A stretch of DNA of 64,000 nt, from assembly GCA_031458695.1 (NCBI GenBank), contig JAVKJW010000001.1, positions 64,001 to 128,000 on the forward strand, given 5' to 3'. The notes under the pieces are model-generated. The model saw only the letters and a list, made by a program, of their open reading frames with translations, made no database searches and was not told where the DNA came from. The DNA is from Candidatus Thermofontivivens primus (GTDB lineage Bacteria; Sysuimicrobiota; Sysuimicrobiia; Sysuimicrobiales; Thermofontiviventaceae). The position numbers and the translations under genes were made by a program. Of this stretch, positions 55,664 to 64,000 are shown in pieces. Every line of letters starts with the position of its first letter. Within the stretch, counting starts at the first letter, position 1.

Positions 55664-56632
55664 CTAGGGCTTCAGGAGGATCTTGCCAGCGCTCTGGCGG
55701 CTCTCTAGCCTCCGGTGAGCCTCCGCGGCCTCTCCGAGCGGAAAAGTACTATCGATGCGCACCTTGAGCTTCCCAGAAGCCACCCAGCCAAGCACATCCC
55801 CGGCGCGTTGGAGCAACTCCTCCCTCGTTGCCACGTAGTGCTGAAGGGTAGGCCGGGTCAGGAAAAGGGACCCTTTCTGGTTGAGGATCTGGGGATCGAA
55901 AGGCGGCACGGGCCCGCTGGACTGCCCGAACAAGACGAGGTAGCCCCTGGGCAAAAGACAATTCAGGCTCTTCTCGAAGGTATCCTTGCCCACGGACTCG
56001 TAGACCACGTGCACCCCTCTGCCATCGGTCAGTCGCTTGACTTCGGCTTCAAAGTCCTGTTTCGTGTACAGGATGACCTCATCCGCTCCAGCTTCCTTCG
56101 CCAGGGCTGCCTTCTCTTCCGTGGAGACGGTCCCGATAACCCGGGCTCCCCGCATCTTGGCAACTTGGACGAGGAGGAGACCCACACCGCCTGCGGCGGC
56201 ATGGACGAGTGCTGTATCCCCTGGCTTGAGGGGGTAGGTGCTGTGGGTCAGGTAGTGGGCGGTCATCCCCTGGAGCAGGACAGCGGCTGCGGTAGAGAAA
56301 TCGATGCCCTCCGGAAGCTTCACCAGCCGGGATGCCGGGACCACAGCATATTCGGCGTATGCCCCCAGCGGCCCCGTATAGGCCACACGATCCCCCACCT
56401 GGACCTCGGAGACCTCGGGACCGACGTCCTCCACGACCCCAGCAGCCTCTACTCCCGGAGTGAACGGCAATGGAACCTGGTAGAGCCCTCTGCGGTGGTA
56501 GGTATCGATGTAGTTGACCCCCGCGGCCAAGATCCGCACCAGGGCCTCTCCTTTCCCGGGAGCAGGCTGCGGGATTTCCTCGTATCGCAGGACCTCGGGG
56601 CCTCCATGGGAGTGCACGCGAATCGCCTTCAT
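55664..56632 (-). CDS. qor: NADPH:quinone oxidoreductase (zeta-crystallin/Qor)
   Basis: [33 protein letters not shown]. Confidence 0.92.
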   Translation of the reverse strand: MKAIRVHSHGGPEVLRYEEIPQPAPGKGEALVRILAAGVNYIDTYHRRGLYQVPLPFTPGVEAAGVVEDVGPEVSEVQVGDRVAYTGPLGAYAEYAVVPASRLVKLPEGIDFSTAAAVLLQGMTAHYLTHSTYPLKPGDTALVHAAAGGVGLLLVQVAKMRGARVIGTVSTEEKAALAKEAGADEVILYTKQDFEAEVKRLTDGRGVHVVYESVGKDTFEKSLNCLLPRGYLVLFGQSSGPVPPFDPQILNQKGSLFLTRPTLQHYVATREELLQRAGDVLGWVASGKLKVRIDSTFPLGEAAEAHRRLESRQSAGKILLKP

Positions 56633-56644
56633 CGGCCAACCCTC

Positions 56645-57619
56645 CTATCCAAAGATTTCCCGCGCGCGGGCCGCCGCCTGCACCATGACCTCGAGCTTCC
56701 TCTTGGCGACCCTGCGGGGGAGGAACTCCAGCCCGCAACTCGGGTTGAGATAAATCCGCTCAAGCGGGACCACTTGGGTGATTCGGCGAAGATCCTCAAT
56801 GAGCTGGTCGACGGTTTCCATCTTGGTGTTCCGCCCATCTAGGATCCCAAACCCAAGTTCCTTGGTGAAGGGCTTAGTAAAGACAACCTCCCAGTTCCTG
56901 TACCCTGCGACGAAATCCAGGCCGAGGATCTCGAAGGGAAGGTCCAGGATCGCAGGGTAAATCCCGCCCACGTCCCCGAAGTAGGTGTAAAGGGCTTTCT
57001 TTGCCCTCACCCCTTCGGTGAGGACCCCCATTGCCTCCGCGAACACGGGGAAGTCTTCCTTGTGCTTGAGGATCGCCGGCTCGTCCACCTGGATGATCTC
57101 AGCGCCGGCCGCCTCTAATGCGCGCATTTCCTGATTCAGCGCCCTGGCCAGGGCAAGGACAAATTCGCGGAGGGAGGGATAGTACTTGTTCTGGCTCAGA
57201 CGGGCGATGGTGTAGGGACCTGTAATCACAGGTTTGACAGGCTTTCTGCTGTTGGCCCTGGCGAATTCGAAGTCCCGCACTGTAATGGGCGCCACCCAAC
57301 GGACCTCCCCCTCCGCCACAGGTTCCCGGTAGTACACGTTGGTGTCGAAGTACCGCTGGAGGCCGTTGATGGAAAAACCGGTGAGGCGCCGGGCAAAGTA
57401 GGTCTGGCCATCTTCCCAGCGGATCTGGCCATCGGTTACGAGGTCCACACCAGCCTCCGCCTGCTCCGCCAGGACCTCCACCGTTACCTCATCCTCCACG
57501 CGCCGAAGTTCTTCTTCTGAGATCTCCCCGCGCTGGAACTTTTCTACAGCAGTACGCCACCTCCCCGGCGCGGGAAGGTCAGGAATCTTGGGGTAGCTAC
57601 CCACGACGGTGGTGATCAT
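56645..57619 (-). CDS. Single-barrel MetE-like protein, resembling the N-terminal (folate-binding) half of a split cobalamin-independent methionine synthase
   Basis: VGSYP, TDGQIRW, RYFDTNVYYREP, QVDEP, YTYFGD where catalytic halves have H-x-C, NPSCGL. Confidence 0.75.
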   Translation of the reverse strand: MITTVVGSYPKIPDLPAPGRWRTAVEKFQRGEISEEELRRVEDEVTVEVLAEQAEAGVDLVTDGQIRWEDGQTYFARRLTGFSINGLQRYFDTNVYYREPVAEGEVRWVAPITVRDFEFARANSRKPVKPVITGPYTIARLSQNKYYPSLREFVLALARALNQEMRALEAAGAEIIQVDEPAILKHKEDFPVFAEAMGVLTEGVRAKKALYTYFGDVGGIYPAILDLPFEILGLDFVAGYRNWEVVFTKPFTKELGFGILDGRNTKMETVDQLIEDLRRITQVVPLERIYLNPSCGLEFLPRRVAKRKLEVMVQAAARAREIFG

Positions 57620-57652
57620 CTCTCGCCTCCCTCAACTTTTGCTCCTTCCTTG

Positions 57653-58795
57653 TTACATCTTCAACAGGGATTTCGCAATGATCATTCGCTGGATCTCCGA
57701 AGTCCCCTCCCCGATCTCGGTGAGTTTCACATCCCGGTAGAAGCGCTCCACAGGATAGTCCTTGATGAGGCCGTACCCACCGTGGATCTGCACGGCTTTG
57801 GTCGTTGCCCGCGCCGCCGCCTCGGAGGCGAAGAGTTTGGCCATGGAGGCATGGGTCCGGAACGGCAGCCCCTGGTCGGCCAACCATGCAGCTTCCAGGA
57901 CAAGCAGCCAGGCGGCATCCAGCTCTGTGGCCATGTCCGCGATCATGTGCTGGATCGCCTGGTGCTCAGCGAGGGTCCTCCCGAACGCCCGCCGCTCTCG
58001 TGCATAGGCCACGCTCGCCTCAAGGGCCGCCCTGCCGATCCCCACGGCAAGGGCACCGATCCCTATCCGGCCACCTTCCAGGATCCGCATCGCCTGGGCG
58101 TACCCCTCTCCCTCAGCGCCCAGGATATTCCCTTCCGGAACGAAGCACTCCTCTAGGATGATCATGGCCGTGTCGCTACTCCGGACTCCCAGCTTGTCCT
58201 CCTTCCGCGCGATGATGAGGCCGGGAGTCCCCCGCTCCACCACGAAGGCGCTGATCCCCTCCCGTCCTCGCTCAGGAGCCGTCTTGGCCATGATGACGTA
58301 GATCCCGCCGAGGGAGCCATTGGTACAGAATGCCTTGGTACCGTTGAGGATCCAGCCATCCCCCACTCGCACTGCCCGCGATTGAATCGCCGCCGCATCG
58401 CTCCCCGCCCCGGGCTCAGTGAGACACCACACGCCCATAGCCTCACCTGATGCCAACCGGGGGAGATACCGACGCTTCTGTTCTTCTGTTCCGAAAAGGG
58501 CGATGTGCTTTGCGCACAAGGAGTTGTGGGCAGCAACAGAGAGGGCCACCCCGGCGTCTCCCCAGGCGAGGGCTTCAATGGCCAGGGCGATGGCCACCAT
58601 GGACATCCCGCTTCCCCCGTATTCTGGCTCGATGGTCATCCCAAGGAGCCCCAGCTCAGCGAGGCGATGGAGGAGTCCGCTGGGAAACTCTCCGGCCCTG
58701 TCCCATTCGGCGGCGTGGGGGCGGATCTCGCGTTCCGCGAACTCCCGGACGGTCTGGTAGATAAGCTGCTGCTCCTCGGAGAGGTCGAAGTCCAT
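57653..58795 (-). CDS. Acyl-CoA dehydrogenase
   Basis: [46 protein letters not shown]. Confidence 0.95.
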   Translation of the reverse strand: MDFDLSEEQQLIYQTVREFAEREIRPHAAEWDRAGEFPSGLLHRLAELGLLGMTIEPEYGGSGMSMVAIALAIEALAWGDAGVALSVAAHNSLCAKHIALFGTEEQKRRYLPRLASGEAMGVWCLTEPGAGSDAAAIQSRAVRVGDGWILNGTKAFCTNGSLGGIYVIMAKTAPERGREGISAFVVERGTPGLIIARKEDKLGVRSSDTAMIILEECFVPEGNILGAEGEGYAQAMRILEGGRIGIGALAVGIGRAALEASVAYARERRAFGRTLAEHQAIQHMIADMATELDAAWLLVLEAAWLADQGLPFRTHASMAKLFASEAAARATTKAVQIHGGYGLIKDYPVERFYRDVKLTEIGEGTSEIQRMIIAKSLLKM

Positions 58796-58807
58796 GAGAG
58801 GTTGTCC

Positions 58808-60268
58808 TTACCCTTTCACGACCCCAATGGGCCGGGTCCTGGCGACGCGCTTCGAGAGGTTCGCCTTGTGACACACCTCCACTACATCGGCGACATCCTT
58901 GTAGGCGATAGAGGCCTCCTCTGCTAGGAGGTGGGGATCCTGGGCCATAACGAGGATGCCATGCTTGCGAAGTTCGGCGGCCACATCCACGCCCTTGAGC
59001 GTCCTCTTGGCTGCCTGCCGACCCATCATCCTGCCGGCTCCGTGGCAGGTGGAGCCGAAGGAGATCTCCATGGCATCGTGCGTCCCCACGGCCACATAGG
59101 AGTATCGCCCCATGTCCCCAGGGATCAGCACCGGCTGCCCGACCTCCCGGTACTTCGCGGGAACTTCGGGGTGACCAGGGGGGAAGGCCCGGGTCGCGCC
59201 TTTGCGATGCACGCACACCTGGATCCGCTTCCCCTCTACCTCATACTCCTCGATCTTGGCGATGTTGTGGGCAACATCATAGACGAGATGCATCCCTAGC
59301 TCCTGCGGGCTCCGCCCGAATACCCTGGCGAAGGATTCCCGCACCCAGTGGGTGATCATCTGGCGGTTGGCCCAGGCAAAGTTCGCCGCCGCGCACATGG
59401 CGGCGAAGTAATCACCCCCCTCAGGGGATTGGATGGGAACGCAGGCGAGCTGCCGATCGGGGAGTTTGATTCCGTACTTTGCCAGAGCCCGCTCAGAGAC
59501 CCGGAGGTAATCTGTGCACACCTGATGCCCCAGGCCGCGGGAGCCGCAGTGCACGAACACGACGATCTGCCCTGGTCCATGAAGGCCTAGGGCCCGTGCT
59601 GCCTCCCAGTCGTAGATCTGGTCCACCACCTGGACCTCAAGGAAATGGTTCCCGGAACCGAGGGTACCGATTTGGGCCTTTCCCCGCTGCTTCGCCTGGT
59701 CGCTCACCTTATCGGGATCCGCCTGGGGAAGAGCGCCGTTGGCCTCGATGACTTCTAGATCTTCTGGCCAGCCATAGCCCTTCTCCACGGCCCACTTTGC
59801 CCCTTTGACGAGCACGGTGTTGATCTCGTGCATGTCCACCCGGACCTTTCCCTCAGAACCAACCCCGGAGGGGACGTTCTTGAACAGCTCTCGGACGAGC
59901 TCCTCGAGCCGTGGTTGAACATCCTCCTCGTGCAGGTCCGTGCGGATGAGCCGGACGCCGCAGTTGATATCGTACCCTACACCTCCAGGGGAGATCACCC
60001 CGTCTTCCAAGCGCATGGCAGCGACGCCTCCCACAGGGAAGCCGTACCCCCAGTGGATATCCGGCATACCCATGGAATACCGTACAATCCCCGGCAAGGT
60101 AGCCACGTTGGCAACCTGCTCGAGGACCTGTTCCTCGGTGATGTGCTGGAGCATGCGCTCATCGGCGAAGACGAGGCCGGGCACCCGCATCCCCGGTTTG
60201 TAATCCTGGGGGATCTCCCACTGGTAGTCGCTGATCTTGCGGAGGATCTGTGTCCAGGGCTTGGCCAT
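58808..60268 (-). CDS. rtcB: RNA 3'-phosphate/5'-OH ligase RtcB (archaeal/eukaryote-like type)
   Basis: MPDIHWGYGFP, GYDINCG, GTLGSGNHF, HCGSRG, HNIAK, HRKGAT, HGAGR. Confidence 0.96.
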   Translation of the reverse strand: MAKPWTQILRKISDYQWEIPQDYKPGMRVPGLVFADERMLQHITEEQVLEQVANVATLPGIVRYSMGMPDIHWGYGFPVGGVAAMRLEDGVISPGGVGYDINCGVRLIRTDLHEEDVQPRLEELVRELFKNVPSGVGSEGKVRVDMHEINTVLVKGAKWAVEKGYGWPEDLEVIEANGALPQADPDKVSDQAKQRGKAQIGTLGSGNHFLEVQVVDQIYDWEAARALGLHGPGQIVVFVHCGSRGLGHQVCTDYLRVSERALAKYGIKLPDRQLACVPIQSPEGGDYFAAMCAAANFAWANRQMITHWVRESFARVFGRSPQELGMHLVYDVAHNIAKIEEYEVEGKRIQVCVHRKGATRAFPPGHPEVPAKYREVGQPVLIPGDMGRYSYVAVGTHDAMEISFGSTCHGAGRMMGRQAAKRTLKGVDVAAELRKHGILVMAQDPHLLAEEASIAYKDVADVVEVCHKANLSKRVARTRPIGVVKG

Positions 60269-60368
60269 GATCCTTCCCTCCCATTGGAACAAGCCTCCCC
60301 TCGATTCCGGGAGTCGCGCGCGGTCCATTAACAGTGTACCCGAAGCGAGAAGAGAGGGGAAGGCGTCC

Positions 60369-60397
60369 TTTACAACCCTAGATCCCTATGGTACAAT
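60369..60397 (+). promoter_or_regulatory. Sigma70 promoter upstream of yjbQ (long leader)
   Basis: TTTACA-17 bp-TACAAT with TG extension. Confidence 0.65.
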
Positions 60398-60546
60398 CGC
60401 GCCGTGAACCTGTCCGGGCGTTTCCCGAAGACAAGAAAGCTTCGCCAGAGAGGGTGGATCCTAGAGAAGCGACCCCGCAACTCCAAAAGGGGTCCCTGCC
60501 TCATTTCAACTGTTACCAAAGTACTTAGGGGAAGGGAGGGCGAGGT

Positions 60547-61008
60547 GTGAGTTCCGTCGTCGATGCCTTCTCGCAGGGGCTTAAGGTCTTCTCAAAAACC
60601 TTGCGGATCATCACCCAGGAACGATTTGAGGTCCACAACATCACGGAACTCGTCAAGGGCTTGCCCAGGCTCGCAGGCATCACCCACGGGATCGTCACCA
60701 TCCACGCTCTCCACACCACCACGGCCATCTTCCTCAACGAATACCAACAAGCCCTCCTGGATGACATCAAGGAGACCCTGCGCTCCCTTATCACAGACAA
60801 TGGGACGTATCGGCATAACAACCCGGACTACTCCGACTGCACCAGGCAGAACGCTACCTCTCACCTGCGAGCCATGCTCCTCGGCCACAATGTCTCCATC
60901 CCCGTGGAGGACGGGAAGCTCGTCCTCGGCCGTTGGCAGAGTATCCTCTTCGCCGAGCTAGATGGGCCGCAGGAAAGGCAGATCCATGCCCAGGTGATTG
61001 GGGTGTAG
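60547..61008 (+). CDS. yjbQ: YjbQ/UPF0047 family protein (secondary thiamine-phosphate synthase)
   Basis: HTTTAI.LNE, YRHN, NATSHL, LGRWQSILFAELDGP. Confidence 0.9.
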   Translation: MSSVVDAFSQGLKVFSKTLRIITQERFEVHNITELVKGLPRLAGITHGIVTIHALHTTTAIFLNEYQQALLDDIKETLRSLITDNGTYRHNNPDYSDCTRQNATSHLRAMLLGHNVSIPVEDGKLVLGRWQSILFAELDGPQERQIHAQVIGV

Positions 61009-61023
61009 CAGGGGTCAGGGTTC

Positions 61024-62202
61024 CTACTGGCTCCCGAACTCCACGGGAAGTCGCTGGTTCATCCAGGCGATGATCCCACCTGCGAGGTTAAAGACCTTCT
61101 CGTATCCGCGCTGCCGGAGGAGCTGAGTAACCTCGGCACTGCGCTGCCCTGACGCGCACTGGACGATGATCGTCCGGGACGGATCGAGCTCGTGGAGCCT
61201 GCGGAGGACTTCCCCCTTGGGGATGAGCCTTGCGCCGGGAATGCGCAGCTGCGTCCACTCCCACATCTCCCGCACATCGACGAGCTGGGCCTCCCCGCGC
61301 TGGAGGAGTTCCCAGGCCTCCTCCGCGTTTACCTCGGGGACAGTCGGGGTCTCAACCTCTGCAGCAACAGCATGACGGCCTGGAAGACCGCAGAACTCCT
61401 CGTAGTCAATGAGCTCCCGAATCGTGGGGTGATCGCCACACACCGGGCATGCAGGGTTCCTCTGCCAGCGGACGATCCGCATGTCCATCTCCAGGGCATC
61501 AAAGATGAACAAGCGGTTTGCCAAGGTCTCCCCCCTGCCCAGGAGGATCTTAATCGCCTCAATCGCCTGCAAAGTCCCCATGAACCCAGCCAGCGCCCCT
61601 ATGATCCCTCCCTCCGCGCAACTTGGCACTGTCCCAGGAGGAGGGGGGGAGGGGAACAGGCAACGATAACACCCCCGCCCCGGAAGGAAAACCGTGGCCT
61701 GACCCTCCCAACGGAGGATGCTCGCATCCACGAGGGGTTTCCCGAGCAGGACGCAGGCGTCGTTGACCAGGTAGCGCGTGGGGAAGTTGTCGCTCCCATT
61801 GACGACGACGTCGTAGTCCTTAAGGATGTCCAAAGCGTTCTCGCTGGTCAGGGTGGTCTGGTAGGGGATCACCTTGACGTCTGGGTTGATGTCCTCCAGG
61901 TGACGGCGAGCCGACTGGGTCTTGGGCCGCCCAATGTCATGCGTGAAATGCAGGATCTGTCGATGGAGGTTGGTGAGATCCACCCGGTCGCCGTCCACAA
62001 TCCCGATGGTGCCTACACCCGCAGCGGCGAGGTAGATGGAGGCCGGCGATCCGAGGCCGCCCGCGCCAACCACTAAGACCTTAGAATCGAGGAGCCGGCG
62101 CTGGCCTAGGACCCCTACCTCCTGGAGGATGATTTGGCGGGAATAGCGCTCCAGCTGCTCGTTCGTGAGAAGCGGTGGACCCTGCATCAATGACCTGGCC
62201 AT
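61024..62202 (-). CDS. moeB: MoeB/ThiF adenylyltransferase fused to rhodanese (MoeZ-like)
   Basis: RYSRQI, GAGGLGSP, NLHRQ, CYRC, SCAEGG, CPVC; C-terminal DVRE..CASGQRS..GGI. Confidence 0.92.
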   Translation of the reverse strand: MARSLMQGPPLLTNEQLERYSRQIILQEVGVLGQRRLLDSKVLVVGAGGLGSPASIYLAAAGVGTIGIVDGDRVDLTNLHRQILHFTHDIGRPKTQSARRHLEDINPDVKVIPYQTTLTSENALDILKDYDVVVNGSDNFPTRYLVNDACVLLGKPLVDASILRWEGQATVFLPGRGCYRCLFPSPPPPGTVPSCAEGGIIGALAGFMGTLQAIEAIKILLGRGETLANRLFIFDALEMDMRIVRWQRNPACPVCGDHPTIRELIDYEEFCGLPGRHAVAAEVETPTVPEVNAEEAWELLQRGEAQLVDVREMWEWTQLRIPGARLIPKGEVLRRLHELDPSRTIIVQCASGQRSAEVTQLLRQRGYEKVFNLAGGIIAWMNQRLPVEFGSQ

Positions 62203-62255
62203 GTCGATAACCCCTTCTCTAAGATTCTTGACTAAAAGCCTCCACTTTCATTCCT

Positions 62256-62284
62256 AACATAAGCGGTTGGGTTAGGCCTGTCAA
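62256..62284 (-). promoter_or_regulatory. Sigma70 promoter of moeB
   Basis: TTGACA-17 bp-TATGTT. Confidence 0.6.
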
Positions 62285-62434
62285 GGGAGGAACTGGAGAC
62301 AGAGGGAAGGTCGGGCCTCAGCTGTGGACAAGGACGAATGTCGGTGAACGAAGGTCTCAGGGCGACTCGCAGTGGACGGATCTTTCAGGGGAATGGTATA
62401 ATTACCCCCGTACGCTTGTGAAATGGGGGGTTCT

Positions 62435-63460
62435 ATGAACGAGATCTATGATATCACCATCATCGGCGCCGGTCCCACTGGGCTCTTTGCCGGCTACTAC
62501 GCGGGGTTCCGCGGCCTCAAGACCAAGCTCATCGACAGCCAGCCTGACCTAGGGGGACAGATCACCGCGTTGTACCCAGATAAGTACATCTACGACGTCG
62601 CAGGGTTCCCCAAGATCCTGGGCCGTGAGCTCGTGCGAAACCTTGTGGAGCAATGCATGCAGTATAACCCTACCGTTGTGCTGGGAGAGCAGGTCCAGCG
62701 CCTGGAGAAAGTGGAAGAGAGGCTCTTCCGATTGACCACAGACCGCACTACCCACCTCTCCCGCGCAGTGCTCATCACCGCGGGAATCGGGGCGTTCACC
62801 CCCAAGACCTTCAAGAGGCCGGAGATCGACCAATATCAAGGACGGGGCCTTTTCTTCGCCGTCCATAACCGGGAGGAGTTCAAGGGGAAGCGACTGCTCA
62901 TCATCGGCGGGGGAGACTCCGCTCTCGATTGGGCCCTCAACCTCGTAGAGGTCGCCAGGGAGATCACCTTGATCCACAGGCGAGACGGATTCCGCGCCCA
63001 CGAGGACAGTGTGCGAAGGCTTTTTAGCTCCCCCATCACCGTCAAGCTCTTCTACGAGCTGAAAGCCATTCGGGGGGAGGACCGGGCGGAGGAAGCGGTG
63101 ATCTTCCACAACAAAACCGGCCAGGAGGAAGTCCTCCAGGTGGACGCGATCCTGGCGTTCTTGGGTCTCCAGAGCAATCTCGGTCCTATCAAGGAATGGG
63201 GGCTCCACCTCGAAGAGGAGAGCATCCTCGTGAACACCAAGATGGAGACCAATATCCCCGGGGTCTATGCTGCCGGAGACATCGTCACCTATCCAGGAAA
63301 AGTGAAGCTCATTGTCACCGGGTTTGGAGAGGCGGCGACTGCAGTGAACAACCTGACCAGGTATCTCAACCCTGAAGCCAGCGTCTTCCCCGGCCACAGC
63401 AGCTCCATTGTAGAAAAGCAACACAAAGAGAGCCAGCCGGCCAGAGCGGACGGGTCGTAA
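62435..63460 (+). CDS. Ferredoxin-NADP+ reductase, TrxR-like (YumC type)
   Basis: GAGPTG, GGQITALYPDKYIYDVAGFP, GGGDSALDW, HRR..FRAH, PGHSS; no CxxC. Confidence 0.9.
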   Translation: MNEIYDITIIGAGPTGLFAGYYAGFRGLKTKLIDSQPDLGGQITALYPDKYIYDVAGFPKILGRELVRNLVEQCMQYNPTVVLGEQVQRLEKVEERLFRLTTDRTTHLSRAVLITAGIGAFTPKTFKRPEIDQYQGRGLFFAVHNREEFKGKRLLIIGGGDSALDWALNLVEVAREITLIHRRDGFRAHEDSVRRLFSSPITVKLFYELKAIRGEDRAEEAVIFHNKTGQEEVLQVDAILAFLGLQSNLGPIKEWGLHLEEESILVNTKMETNIPGVYAAGDIVTYPGKVKLIVTGFGEAATAVNNLTRYLNPEASVFPGHSSSIVEKQHKESQPARADGS

Positions 63461-63505
63461 AATCGCCTGGGAAGATTCCTCGTAGACCTTGGCGCGCTCC
63501 TCCCC

Positions 63506-64000
63506 TTAGGAATCCGCAGAGTTTCCTAGAGAGCGATCGAGCAAGCGGGCATGGTCGTCCGCGTGATAAGAGGACCTCACCAGCGGCCCAGCCTCCACAT
63601 GACGGAACCCCATACGGAGCCCGATGATCTTGAGTGCGGCAAACTCCTCAGGTGTATAGAACCGGGAAACGGGCACATAGTCCTTCCCAGGCTGGAGGTA
63701 TTGGCCAATGGTAAGGATGTCGCAATCCACAGCCCGGAGGTCTCTCATCGTCTCGAGGATCTCCTCCCACTCCTCTCCAAGCCCCACCATGATCCCGCTC
63801 TTGGTCAAACATGGGTACCCCCACGCTTTGACACGTTGGAGAAGCTCTAGCGAGCGCTCGTAGTTTCCTCCGTGCCGGACTTGTTTGAACACCCGCCGCA
63901 CGGTCTCGATGTTATGGTTAAGGATCTCCGGTCTAGCCTCGAGGACGATGCGCAGGGCCTCGGGGTCCCCTTTGAAGTCAGGGATGAGAACTTCCACGGT
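63506..64000 (-). CDS. lipA: Lipoyl synthase, C-terminal part (truncated by the window edge)
   Basis: [42 protein letters not shown]. Confidence 0.95.
   Translation of the reverse strand, partial: TVEVLIPDFKGDPEALRIVLEARPEILNHNIETVRRVFKQVRHGGNYERSLELLQRVKAWGYPCLTKSGIMVGLGEEWEEILETMRDLRAVDCDILTIGQYLQPGKDYVPVSRFYTPEEFAALKIIGLRMGFRHVEAGPLVRSSYHADDHARLLDRSLGNSADS

Overview
GC-rich chromosomal segment from a probably thermophilic, Terrabacteria-like bacterium. The taxonomy is an unverified inference from Gram-positive-type LexA boxes, an NreC-like regulator, CblST and archaeal-type RtcB/MetE halves. I found no rRNA, tRNA, CRISPR array, integrase or transposase. In order: the 5' part of a complex I operon (nuoA-K plus the start of nuoL); iscS and a MerR-type regulator; housekeeping hydrolases; a two-domain ThyX; a candidate stand-alone ~90-nt hairpin sRNA with its own promoter, terminator and SOS-box-like site; a SufR-like regulator; a PlsY/acyl-ACP-reductase fusion; a clade II nitrous oxide reductase cluster; a TPP-riboswitch thiE-thiS/G operon; a cobalamin-riboswitch corrinoid and alpha-ribazole salvage operon; CDF and chromate transporters; a dTDP-rhamnose/Wzz/O-antigen-ligase cluster; qor; an orphan N-terminal half of split MetE; acyl-CoA dehydrogenase; rtcB; yjbQ; moeB-rhodanese; ferredoxin-NADP reductase; and the 3' end of lipA. 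The nos cluster is unusual: it has no cytochrome c or NosG/NosR gene but has two membrane-anchored CuA cupredoxins flanking a polytopic 4Fe-4S protein. It sits next to an NreC-like regulator and a degenerate PAS-AAA+ activator, with candidate operator sites visible for both. Best leads for undescribed biology: the copper-relay nos system and its regulation, the PlsY-reductase fusion, and the putative SOS-controlled sRNA. All calls come from motif recognition by eye; no database search was run.
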